Positions 17,252 through 26,378 of a stretch of DNA of 36,980 nt are shown piece by piece. How positions within the stretch are numbered: the stretch's first letter is position 1; each line of letters opens with the position of its first letter. Location: positions 1 through 36,980 of the forward strand of contig CAJWER010000002.1 of the NCBI GenBank assembly GCA_913030785.1, read 5' to 3'. Made by a program: the position numbers and the translations under genes. The notes below the pieces were generated by a model, which was not told where the DNA came from, searched no databases, and worked only from the letters and a program-made list of their open reading frames with translations. The DNA comes from an uncultured Chloroflexota bacterium (lineage in GTDB: Bacteria; Chloroflexota; Dehalococcoidia; Lucifugimonadales; CAJWER01).

Positions 17252-18691
17252 ATGGCCACACTCGCAGGCAAGATAATCGACGGCGACACGGGGGAGCAGG
17301 TGCCCGCCCGCGTACGAGTGCTGGCCTCGAACGGCGAATTCGCACACCCGGGCGACGCGATATTGAAGGTCGGGCCAGGCGATCAGTTCTTCTATGCAGA
17401 CGGCGGGTTTGAAGTCGAGGTGGGCAGGGGCCGGACCCAGATCGTGGTCGAGCGAGGAACCGAATACGTGCCAGCCACGCTGACCGTCGAAACGCCGACC
17501 AGTGGGATAGTAGCGACGGAGGTGGTGCTGGAGCGGTGGTCGGGGCTCGGGGCGCAGGGCTGGCACCCCGGCAATACCCATATCCATTACGACGAAAAGG
17601 AGCAGCGGCCGGACGAGCGGCTGCGCCTGGATCCTCGCGTCGAGGACTTGCGGATGACGGCAGTGAGCATCCTGAAACGTTGGGATCTGGAGTATGCCAC
17701 CAACAAGTACACCCCGGGCATGCTCACAGAGTTCTCATCGGACCACCACCACGTGCAGTGCGGCGAGGAAAACAGGCACAACGCGAACGGCACACATAAC
17801 ACCGGCTACGGCCATGTGATGTTGCTAAACATCCACAACGTGGTCGAGCCCGTGAGCCGCGGCCTGCTAGTGGACGTTTTCGACCCCGACTACCCGCCCC
17901 TCTCCTACGCCTGCGATGACGCCCGTCGGCAGGGAGGCGTCGTCATCTGGTGCCACAACGGCCAGGGCATGGAGGCGCCCGTGGCCGCCGCGCTGGGCAA
18001 GCTCGACGCTTTCAATCTCTTCGACCCCCACTGGATGGACCCGGAATACGACATCTACTACCGAATGCTCAACGCTGGAACCAGGCTGCCGGCATCCACC
18101 GGGTCCGATTGGTTCATCAGCTCTGCGAACCGCGTCTACGCCCACACGGGCGCCCCCTTCGAGTACGGAGCATGGCTAGAGGCGCTCAGGGCCGGTAAAA
18201 CCTTCATCAGCAACGGGCCAGAGTTGTCGCTAAGCGTCCAAGGCGAGGGCCCTGGCGGCGAGGTGGAGAGTCGGCCCGGCGAGCGACTATCCGCGGTAGT
18301 GGACTGGAAGTCCCACTACCCGATCGGCAGGGCAGAGGTCGTGCTCAATGGCAAGGTCGTGGCCAGCCGCGAGATGAACGATGGGTCGACAGCAGGACGA
18401 CTTGAGACCGATATCGAGATTCCCGCAGATGCGTGGATCACCGCCAGGCTGTCAGGGGACGCTCGCGACTCCTTCGCGCAACCTGTCTTCGCCCACACGA
18501 GCCCCGTCTACGTCACGACGGGCAAAGCCAGCGAGGAGCGCGCCGAAGCCGCTCGATGGTTCACCGACGCAATCGAAACATCCCTCGAATGGGTGCGCAC
18601 CAAAGGCAAGTACTATAACGACGGCCAGCGACGGGAGATCGTCGATCTATTTCGCGAGGGCCAACAAGTGTACAAAGACATGCTGCCTTAG
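17252..18691 (+). CDS. CehA/McbA-like (PHP-related) metallohydrolase with N-terminal carboxypeptidase-regulatory-like beta domain
   Basis: GKIIDGDTGEQVPARVRVL has a CarboxypepD_reg-like pattern, and GWHPGNTHIHYD matches the GWxxGDxHxH metal motif. ATG 17252 follows GGGAGG. This is a family-level call only. Confidence 0.55.
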   Translation: MATLAGKIIDGDTGEQVPARVRVLASNGEFAHPGDAILKVGPGDQFFYADGGFEVEVGRGRTQIVVERGTEYVPATLTVETPTSGIVATEVVLERWSGLGAQGWHPGNTHIHYDEKEQRPDERLRLDPRVEDLRMTAVSILKRWDLEYATNKYTPGMLTEFSSDHHHVQCGEENRHNANGTHNTGYGHVMLLNIHNVVEPVSRGLLVDVFDPDYPPLSYACDDARRQGGVVIWCHNGQGMEAPVAAALGKLDAFNLFDPHWMDPEYDIYYRMLNAGTRLPASTGSDWFISSANRVYAHTGAPFEYGAWLEALRAGKTFISNGPELSLSVQGEGPGGEVESRPGERLSAVVDWKSHYPIGRAEVVLNGKVVASREMNDGSTAGRLETDIEIPADAWITARLSGDARDSFAQPVFAHTSPVYVTTGKASEERAEAARWFTDAIETSLEWVRTKGKYYNDGQRREIVDLFREGQQVYKDMLP

Positions 18692-18698
18692 GGCCGTG

Positions 18699-19553
18699 AT
18701 GGGTTCTTCCCTACGCCGTATCCTGCTTTGGACCATCGTCGCGCTGGTCGTGGCGTATGCCGGATTTGGTGTGCTGGCCAGGACAACGGGAGTGATAGAC
18801 CGCTACTTCATATTCTTCCCAGAGCGGACCCTGGACCGAGACCCTGGCGACCGTGGTCTCGACTTCGAAGACGTGTATTTCGAGGCGTCCGACAGGGTGC
18901 GCCTCAACGGCTGGTTCGTACCCGGAAGGAGCGACACGACCCTTCTTTGGCTCCACGGCAACGCTGGGAACATTGCCAATCGCGTCGATAATATCGCGGA
19001 GATCCATGACAACCTCGGAGTGGGCGTGTTCATATTCGACTATCGGGGCTACGGGCGGAGCGAGGGCAAACCCACGGAGCAGGGGACATACCTCGATGCC
19101 GAAGCCGCTCTGAAGTACCTCCGTTCGCGGGGAGACGTGAACCCCGGGCGGCTGGTGCTGTTCGGCAGGTCGCTTGGGTGCGCGGTCGCAGCGGAACTGG
19201 CGTCTAAGAACGATGTGCAAGGGGTCGTGCTGGAGTCGCCCTTCACGTCGATAGGCGCAATGGCGAAACGTGCGTACCCGTTTTTGCCAGGAATCGGGTC
19301 CTTCGTGCGCACCCGGTATGACACGCTATCGAAGGTGGGTCGCTTCGGAGCGCCACTCATGGTGCTCCACGGCAACCGCGACGACATCGCGCCCTTCGAC
19401 ATGGGGGTCGCAGTCTTCGAGGCAGCCACGCCACCAAAGCGCTTCTACAGGATCGAGGGAGCAGGGCACAACGACACGTATTCCGTAGGAGGGCACGCCT
19501 ACTACCAGGCCCTGGGCGAGTTTCTCGATAACCTCCCAAAGGGCGACGGCTAG
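18699..19553 (+). CDS. membrane-anchored alpha/beta hydrolase (BEM46/ABHD13-like)
   Basis: N-terminal TM helix (ILLWTIVALVVAYAGFGVL), LWLHGNAGN, nucleophile elbow GRSLG, LHGNRDDI, and a GAGHND triad His. Start at ATG 18699, 8 nt after the upstream stop. The longer track ORF from 18381 overlaps the preceding gene. Confidence 0.8.
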   Translation: MGSSLRRILLWTIVALVVAYAGFGVLARTTGVIDRYFIFFPERTLDRDPGDRGLDFEDVYFEASDRVRLNGWFVPGRSDTTLLWLHGNAGNIANRVDNIAEIHDNLGVGVFIFDYRGYGRSEGKPTEQGTYLDAEAALKYLRSRGDVNPGRLVLFGRSLGCAVAAELASKNDVQGVVLESPFTSIGAMAKRAYPFLPGIGSFVRTRYDTLSKVGRFGAPLMVLHGNRDDIAPFDMGVAVFEAATPPKRFYRIEGAGHNDTYSVGGHAYYQALGEFLDNLPKGDG

Positions 19554-19636
19554 ATATTATTGTTGACAGCCCCCTGGGACGGCTATAGGCTGACCATGCA
19601 GCCCAGCGACAGCACCTACACGAAGCAGGAGAGCCT

Positions 19637-20677
19637 ATGAAAGCGGTCTACTTTACGGAGCACGGCGGAACCGAGGTACTGACGTACGGAGACCTTCCCG
19701 AGCTGCCGATCGGTCCGAACGAGGTGAGGGTACGAGTCAGGGCATGCGCCTTAAACCGCCTGGATTTGTATACCCGGATGGGGGTGCGCGGGACCCGGAT
19801 GGGCCTGGACCAGCCTCATGTGCTGGGCGGAGACTCAGCCGGAGACGTCGCGGAAGTGGGCTCGGAGGTCACGATGGTCAATGTCGGCGATCGGGTGGTA
19901 GTGAACCCGAAGCTGACGTGCGGCCAGTGCCAGTACTGCATCGCCGGCGATGACGAGCTGTGCGTCGCCCCGGGAATGCTAGGCTCGACACAGAATGGTA
20001 GCTACGCTGAATACGTGACGATCCCGGCGGCAAACGCCATGCGAATACCGGACACAATCTCCTACGAGGAAGCCGCCTCGTTGCCCACTGTCTTCATGCC
20101 GAGTTGGAACATCCTGGTGCGCCGCGCTGCGCTAAAACCATGGGAGACGGTGCTCATTCTTTCGGCCTCCAGTGGTGTGGGTACCGCAGCGATTCAGGTG
20201 GCCAAGAACGTCATCGGCGCACGGGTCATCGCGACGACCAGCAGCCAGGAAAAGGCTAGCAAGGCCAGAGATCTGGGTGCCGACAAGGTAATCGACTACT
20301 CAACCGAAGACATCGAGAAGAGGGTCAAGGAGCTTACCGACCGCCGCGGCGTTCACGTCGTGCTGGACCATGTCGGCGCCGACTTCTTCCCAGCCGCCCA
20401 CCGGTCCCTCGCGCCTGGAGGCCGCTACGGCATCTGCGGAGTTACCTCCGGCTACAGGGCCGAGTTGCAGATGGGGACGATGTTCCTCAAGAATCAGACC
20501 GTTTTCGGCGTCTTCATGGGCCACAAGGAAGATCTGCGCCTCATCATCGAGATGGTGGCCCGAGGAACCCTACACGGCATCATCCACGCCACATTCCCGC
20601 TCAAGGACGCCGCCCGAGCCCATGAAACCATGGAAGAGCGGGCCTTCTTCGGCAAGCTGATACTCACGGTCCCGTAG
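19637..20677 (+). CDS. zinc-type alcohol dehydrogenase / quinone oxidoreductase (MDR superfamily)
   Basis: GroES-like N-domain with a structural-zinc Cys set (CGQCQYCIAGDDELC) and a Rossmann GxGxxG-type stretch SASSGVGTAAIQ. Confidence 0.85.
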   Translation: MKAVYFTEHGGTEVLTYGDLPELPIGPNEVRVRVRACALNRLDLYTRMGVRGTRMGLDQPHVLGGDSAGDVAEVGSEVTMVNVGDRVVVNPKLTCGQCQYCIAGDDELCVAPGMLGSTQNGSYAEYVTIPAANAMRIPDTISYEEAASLPTVFMPSWNILVRRAALKPWETVLILSASSGVGTAAIQVAKNVIGARVIATTSSQEKASKARDLGADKVIDYSTEDIEKRVKELTDRRGVHVVLDHVGADFFPAAHRSLAPGGRYGICGVTSGYRAELQMGTMFLKNQTVFGVFMGHKEDLRLIIEMVARGTLHGIIHATFPLKDAARAHETMEERAFFGKLILTVP

Positions 20678-20748
20678 GGAGCATCACAAGAGTATCAGCC
20701 GTGCGTACGCAGTCCTCCGGCCCCGCCCCAAGATGCGTGCGCAGCACC

Positions 20749-22293
20749 CTACTTGTCACGGAGGGGCGTCTCTTTCAGGAAGGCTGTCACGACCAGGGCT
20801 ACCAAGGCCGTCGCCATTGCAATCAAGAACAGGTCGCCGATAGCCGTTGCGAGACTGGATCGAAGGACATCGAGTAGCTGGTCGACGACCTCTGGGCTCA
20901 CGGACTCGCGGAACTCCTCAAGGGCATCCGGGTTCACCAGGGCCTGCGGGTTGTTGGACATTCCGGCTAGCGTCTCGGCAGGTACCGATTCGCGTAGATT
21001 CGGACTAATCTTTGCGTCCAGCCCGTCCGCGAATCGCCTGGCCATGATCGAACCCAGAATCGCTAGGCCCAGCGCCCCTCCTATCGAGCGGTAAAACTGG
21101 TTGGCTGCGGTGACGACGCCCAGTTGGCTATACGGCACAGCGTTCTGGACCGCGATAGTAAAGGTCGGAAACGTGGTCCCGATCCCAAACCCAGTGATGA
21201 CTAGGTACACCACCACCTGGCCAAAACTGGTAGTCTCAGTCATTCCCGACAGCAGGAACATCCCGGTAGCCATGATCCCAAGACCGATCAGACCCTGGGT
21301 GCGATAGTGGCCGCCGAGGCGTGACAGCGTCTGGCCCGATATCGTAGCGCCAAACACCATCCCCAGCATCATTGGCGTCAGGAAGCTGCCAGAGCTCGTG
21401 GCGGAGGCGCCAAGGACCCCTTGAAAGAACAGTGGAATGAACACAATTCCGCCAAACATGCCAAATCCGGTGCAAAAGACGGCGATCAGGGATAAACCCA
21501 CAACCCTGTCGCGATAGATCCCCATCGGCATGATCGGATTGGCGATCCTAAGCTCGACAAAAACGAACGTTGCCGTCGACGCGACTGCAGCGATCAGTAG
21601 ACCGACAACCTGGACCGATGCCCACGCGTACTGGACGCCGCCCCACGACAGAGCGACAAGCAGGGACGACACGGACAGCACCAACAAGGACATGCCTACA
21701 ACATCCAATCGTCTGCTGGCGACATTCTGCCGACCGGAAGGGAAGAACAGTACAAAGAGGATCGCCACAGGAATACCGATAGGCAGGTTGATGAAGAAAA
21801 TCCAGTTCCAACTCAGTGTGTCCGTGATGAACCCGCCAAGCGTGGGACCAATTACCGACGAGAGCCCGAAGACAGCGGCCACAAACCCCTGGTACTTGCC
21901 GCGATCGGCGGGAGGGAACAGATCGCCGACTGTGACGAAGGCCAGGGCCATCATCGTTCCGCCGCCCAATCCCTGGATGGCACGGAAGGCGATGAGCTGG
22001 TTCATGGACTGGCTGAAGCCCGACAGCACGGATCCGACCAGGAACACGACGATGCCGCCTATGTAGAAGACCTTCCTGCCATACATGTCGGAGAGCCGAC
22101 CGACGATCGGCACCGCCGTAGTTGATGCGACGATGTAGGCGGAGGTGATCCAGGTGAAGCGGTCGAAGCCGCCAAGGTCGGCGACGATACGGGGGATCGC
22201 GGTGCCGACGACGGTCTGGTCGAGGGACGCGACAAAGAGGGCAAGCATCAAACCGCCCATCGTCAGAATCGTCTGACGGCGAGGCAGCGACAC
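20749..22293 (-). CDS. MFS transporter, DHA2 (EmrB/QacA-like, 14-TMS) drug:H+ antiporter family
   Basis: A 514-aa protein. LDQTVVGTAIPRI, GRLSDMYGRK and GGFITD... are DHA2 signature stretches, and it has many TM helices. Confidence 0.85.
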   Translation of the reverse strand: MSLPRRQTILTMGGLMLALFVASLDQTVVGTAIPRIVADLGGFDRFTWITSAYIVASTTAVPIVGRLSDMYGRKVFYIGGIVVFLVGSVLSGFSQSMNQLIAFRAIQGLGGGTMMALAFVTVGDLFPPADRGKYQGFVAAVFGLSSVIGPTLGGFITDTLSWNWIFFINLPIGIPVAILFVLFFPSGRQNVASRRLDVVGMSLLVLSVSSLLVALSWGGVQYAWASVQVVGLLIAAVASTATFVFVELRIANPIMPMGIYRDRVVGLSLIAVFCTGFGMFGGIVFIPLFFQGVLGASATSSGSFLTPMMLGMVFGATISGQTLSRLGGHYRTQGLIGLGIMATGMFLLSGMTETTSFGQVVVYLVITGFGIGTTFPTFTIAVQNAVPYSQLGVVTAANQFYRSIGGALGLAILGSIMARRFADGLDAKISPNLRESVPAETLAGMSNNPQALVNPDALEEFRESVSPEVVDQLLDVLRSSLATAIGDLFLIAMATALVALVVTAFLKETPLRDK

Positions 22294-22408
22294 GAACTCG
22301 TCGGCGACGCCCAGGGCGTCGCCGGGAGTGGCCTGGACTTCGTCAGGGGGACGGTTGGAGGCTACGTCGCGCTCCTATACGTTGATGGACGTCAGAGTCG
22401 GCGCCGAC

Positions 22409-22873
22409 TCAACTGGACCTGATCGCCTTCAGGACGTGGCCGGCATGGCCCTCTGGCTGCACCTGTTGCCATATCTTCTGCAACTTGCCCTGCTCATCGA
22501 TGATGAACGTCTTTCGGATCATGCCGATGACCGTCTTCCCATATAGCTGCTTCTCACCCCACGCGCCGTAGGCGGTCGCGACGGCCTTGTCCTCGTCGGC
22601 CAGCAAGGGGAAATTCAGATTGAACTTGTTGATGAACTCGGCGTGGGAGCCAAGGTCATCTGCGCTCACGCCGAGAACCACTGCCCCCTCTTCTATGATT
22701 TCATCGTGGCTATCTCGGAAGCCGCAAGCCTCCTTGGTACAGCCTGGCGTGTCGTCCTTGGGATAGAAGTAGAGGATCACCTTCTTCCCTCGAAGACCGG
22801 ACAGGGATACCTCTCCGCCATCGGAGGATGGTAGCGTAAACTCGGGTGCGGCGTCGCCAGGTTGCAAAGTCAT
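22409..22873 (-). CDS. bcp: thioredoxin-dependent thiol peroxidase (Bcp/PrxQ peroxiredoxin)
   Basis: APEFTLPSSDG...KKVILYFYPKDDTPGCTKEACGFRD contains the canonical PxxxTxxC active site. Confidence 0.9.
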   Translation of the reverse strand: MTLQPGDAAPEFTLPSSDGGEVSLSGLRGKKVILYFYPKDDTPGCTKEACGFRDSHDEIIEEGAVVLGVSADDLGSHAEFINKFNLNFPLLADEDKAVATAYGAWGEKQLYGKTVIGMIRKTFIIDEQGKLQKIWQQVQPEGHAGHVLKAIRSS

Positions 22874-23361
22874 TTAGAGCCTCTTCGGTGGGGTTCGGTA
22901 ATCCTACACGAAGCCGCACTAAAAGTGAACTTTTTTCGCTCACCATGTCGCCAGGCCGCCCTCTCATGGGGAGCCACAACTCTCCCGCTCAGGGTGAGCC
23001 GATTCTGGCTCGGGGTGGTCGGGAACTCGCTCAGAATGAGCCTTCTAACCATCGACCCGCGGGCTAAACCGCGGTACGTTGCTGCACCAACTGCAGCGCG
23101 CCTACCAAGAATTCCTTGGCGACATGGACCGGAACGGCCATCACTACTTCTGGTCCAGTGATCATCGCGTTGATAGCGACGCGACGTCACGCATCGGCCC
23201 CGCCGTCCCAATTTGGGTCCAGCGAACAACGATAACATCGTATCAGTTGTAGAGGAAGGGAGGCAGATAGGGGATATCCCAACATGATGGGTGAGGGAAA
23301 CCCCGCAGAGTCACCGTTGTACAATGTGGCAGTCTGGCTGCAACGGCCCGCGGGAGGACAT

Positions 23362-23967
23362 ATGCTCAAAAAACTTGGTCGAATTACCAGGGCGGCCCGA
23401 AACGGGGACGACGAAAATGCGCCGCCTGGTCAGTTCGTCACAGAAAAATTCCCCGTGCTGACCTTCGGCCCGACCCAGAGCATCGACCTCGATAAATGGC
23501 GCTTCCGCATCTTCGGCCTGGTCGATGAAGAGGTAACTCTGGACTGGAAGCAGTTCATGGACCTGGAAAAGACCACGCTGGGCGCCGAGTTCCACTGCGT
23601 TACACAGTGGAGCCGCCTGCAAAATACCTGGGAGGGCATCGCGTTCACTGAGGTCATGAAGCTGGTCAAACCAGGACCCGGGGCTTCGCATGTCATGGTG
23701 CACTGCTACGGTGGCTACACGACAAACATGTCGTTGGAGGTCGCCACCGACAATGACGTGCTGTACGCCTATAAACACGACGGCGCAGCACTTGAGTCCG
23801 ACCACGGTGGCCCACTGAGGCTGGTGGTGCCAAAACGCTACGGATGGAAGAGCGCCAAGTGGGTCAACGGCATAGAGTTCATGGCAAAAGACGCCCCGGG
23901 TTTCTGGGAGGTACGCGGGTACCACATGGAGGGCGATCCCTGGAAAGAGGATCGTTTTTCAGCCTAG
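23362..23967 (+). CDS. sulfite-oxidase-like molybdopterin-binding oxidoreductase (short single-domain type)
   Basis: PPGQFVTEKFPVLTFGP..., W(R/K)F.I.G.V, FHCVTQWS, GGPLRLVVP..YGWKSAKWV..IEF: the Oxidored_molyb domain pattern. ATG 23362 follows GGGAGGA. Confidence 0.8.
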   Translation: MLKKLGRITRAARNGDDENAPPGQFVTEKFPVLTFGPTQSIDLDKWRFRIFGLVDEEVTLDWKQFMDLEKTTLGAEFHCVTQWSRLQNTWEGIAFTEVMKLVKPGPGASHVMVHCYGGYTTNMSLEVATDNDVLYAYKHDGAALESDHGGPLRLVVPKRYGWKSAKWVNGIEFMAKDAPGFWEVRGYHMEGDPWKEDRFSA

Positions 23968-24085
23968 AGGACTGGTTCTGGGGCTGCTTCCCGAATCCGA
24001 TCGCCGACACCGCCCATAGGAGCACCTACCCCGCCCAACCAAACGCGCGCAGCGCCGCTCAACGTAGCGTGCGCAGCACCAGTAT

Positions 24086-25285
24086 CTAGAAGCTGTAGGG
24101 GCACCACGGCTTCAGATCTGTCGCAAACATAGCGTCCGCCAGGGCCAGGGCCCCCTCCGACACCTGCTCGACGCGACCGGCATGAGACAGCGTTGTGAAT
24201 GAGACCGTGCCCAGGTAGGCGGCGGCTAGGTCCGACGCCGATAGTGCCAGATCGGGCTTTGCGTCGGCTGGACGGCACGTGGCGCCCTCAGGCCCTCCAT
24301 CAAGAACATAGCGGCCATCGTTCCATGGGCAAGATTCGTCGCGCACCTCAAGAACAAGCCGCCCTTCGCTCGCATATGTTCTGCCCGCCAACGCGGCGGG
24401 AAGATCCACAAGACGTACCCACAGGCCATCGTACGGAGTGCGCTTCAATTGCCGCGGGTCCGCCATCATCCAGGGCAGAGGATCGTCCACAGGCCGCTGC
24501 CCTCCCGCCGTCGAACTGATCAAGTCCACATCGAAGCAAAACCGCCACAGGGCAGCATGGGCCTCGTCCGTCGTCGACATCAGCTCATGTACGCTCAACG
24601 TGCTGCCATTGATGCGGTAAGAGACATAGCCGTCAAGATTCCCGCCTGTTCCGTAATATGCCACGTGGAAATAGGCGCTGGCCCCCCCGCGATCCGGAGG
24701 GTAATCGGTCACGATCCAGTCCCACACATCGGCAGGCCTCTCGATGGCCCCTGGTCGGAAGGCGGTGGCCCGGCGATACACCTCTGGAAAGGTCCTGCGC
24801 ATCTGCTCGGGTCCAACAAACTCCAGGCGCCCCGTTGGCTCGTAGGGCGTCGCATACGCCGTGTACGGCCTGTCGACACTCCACCTCTCGTGGACGGTAG
24901 CGATACCGTAGCCAAAGCGGCCGTAAATGACACTCTCCGAGGCGGTGAGGGCCGCAAGGGGCTCACCACGCTCCTTACTCCCCTTCAGCTGGTCCACCAT
25001 CAGGGCGGTCAGGATGCCCCGCCTCCGGTGGGTCGGCGCCACCGTGACGTCGAGAACTCCGGCTGTCGGCAGCTCGCCGCCGGGCACTTTAATGTGAAAA
25101 GAGCGCGAGTGCGCCCCCCCAACCATGCTGCCATTATCATAGGCCGCCAGAGAGCGTTCGATCTCCTTCATGGAAGGGCGCCGGGCCATGTCCTCGTCGC
25201 TAGGTGGCTGCCCGAAGGCCATCGACGTCGCTCTGATGAACCCCTCGGTCTCTTCAGGCGTGATAGCTCGGATTTCAAGGTCCAT
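24086..25285 (-). CDS. eis: Eis-like GNAT N-acetyltransferase (GNAT + central + SCP2-like domains)
   Basis: [29 protein letters not shown]...[23 protein letters not shown] aligns closely by eye with M. tuberculosis Eis ([21 protein letters not shown]...[23 protein letters not shown]). The aromatic C-terminus ...YSF is also present. ATG 25285 follows GGAGGA. Confidence 0.85.
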   Translation of the reverse strand: [399 protein letters not shown]

Positions 25286-25402
25286 TGGTGATCCTCCAGT
25301 CGCCCCAAGACGGCTCACACGGGAAGACAATCTGCGGAAAAGGGCGAAAGAAGAGTGTCCAACCCGGCATGCGGCGAAAACAACAGGAAGGGCCCGGAAA
25401 AA

Positions 25403-26290
25403 CTAGTGTGCTGGCGGCCTCTCGCCCACTATGCGATCGTAGTAGTCTCCGATGGGCTCCGAGGCACGTCTCAGATCCGATTCGGCTACAGTCATCCTGG
25501 ACACCAGCTCAGGTTTCTCACGTACGAAGGCCTCCCCGTACATCGTCCCCGCGAACCACCCGACGTTGCCCAGCGAGACTTCCATCCGCCGGCGGGACCA
25601 GGCAGGGTAGTGGCCTTGACTGATGTACTTGTCCTCGGCCGCAACTCGCTTCTCGAACCAGTCGGTGATGTCGACTACAAAGTCGAACTCCTCGTTCTGA
25701 AAATAGACGCCAGGGTAGTAGACGGTCGCTATGGCATGGGGCGCTTCGGTATCGCCGAAGACGGGATTAGCCGCCTGACTGCGAGCCTCCAGGCTCATGA
25801 ATGCGGTCTCGTAGTGGTCATCGGTCGCGCCCGATGTCTTCCCTTGGTGGCCGTTCAGGAACGGACTCTGGGTAATCATGATGTGAGGCCGCACATCCAG
25901 AATCACCTCCCGGAGGGCCCGCACCGACTCAGGGTACTCGGCTACCTTGAATGGCATCGGGAAGCCAAGGTTCCTGACATCGGTGATGCCAAATATTGCG
26001 CAGGCTTCTTCCATCTCCTTTGCCTTGAGGGCGCTGAAATCGCCGGGCTTCTGGTTGACGATGGCGGGGTCGCGCTCCGCCTCCGGCTTCATCAGCTCGT
26101 CGTGGAGAGCTTCGTTGTGGGCTGATTCGCCGGTTGTAACACTAACAACCGTGACAGCATCGCCCGATGCCGCATGGATGCCGAGCGTGCCCGAGTACCA
26201 GGTAAAGTCGTGTGGGTGGGCGTTGACGCCGAGAACTCGAAGTTTCTGGACCAATGGAACTCCTCCATGCCGCAAAAAGTGACCCGCCAT
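25403..26290 (-). CDS. PIG-L/LmbE-family putative deacetylase, paralog 1 (non-canonical AHPHDF motif)
   Basis: LRVLGVNAHPHDFTWYSGTLGIHAASGDAVTVVSVTTGE fits the LmbE N-terminal Rossmann-like pattern (xxLxIxAHPDDExxxxGGTLxxxxxxGxxVxxVxxTxG). The start is either ATG 26290 or TTG 26254, which follows GGAGGA. Confidence 0.7.
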   Translation of the reverse strand: MAGHFLRHGGVPLVQKLRVLGVNAHPHDFTWYSGTLGIHAASGDAVTVVSVTTGESAHNEALHDELMKPEAERDPAIVNQKPGDFSALKAKEMEEACAIFGITDVRNLGFPMPFKVAEYPESVRALREVILDVRPHIMITQSPFLNGHQGKTSGATDDHYETAFMSLEARSQAANPVFGDTEAPHAIATVYYPGVYFQNEEFDFVVDITDWFEKRVAAEDKYISQGHYPAWSRRRMEVSLGNVGWFAGTMYGEAFVREKPELVSRMTVAESDLRRASEPIGDYYDRIVGERPPAH

Positions 26291-26378
26291 TCGATTAGGC
26301 GGTCCGTGCCGGGTTCACGTTTCCAATCCAACGGTTCAAGCGCTCCGCCCCGCCACTGGGCTGGGGCGGAGCAAGCAC

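Noticed and set aside
18381-18698. N-terminal 106-aa extension of the alpha/beta hydrolase ORF (track start 18381).
   Set aside because: It overlaps the 3' end of the CehA-like gene in another frame and reads as low-complexity Ser/Pro/Arg text. The hydrolase has a natural TM-helix N-terminus from ATG 18699, 8 nt after the upstream stop.
22889-22905. tRNA/tmRNA T-arm-like string GGGGTTCGGTAATCC.
   Set aside because: It does not match the GTTCRANYC loop consensus well. I could not build an acceptor stem, anticodon arm or CCA-proximal pairing around it on either strand.
22874-23361. RNase P RNA or tmRNA hidden in the 490-nt gap, and likewise in 9872-10121.
   Set aside because: I looked for the universally conserved RNase P strings (GAGGAAAGTCC, ACAGAAC-type CR-IV) and for a tmRNA tag ORF plus 3' tRNA-like end on both strands, and found none. 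The regions are kept only as unassigned structured non-coding sequence.
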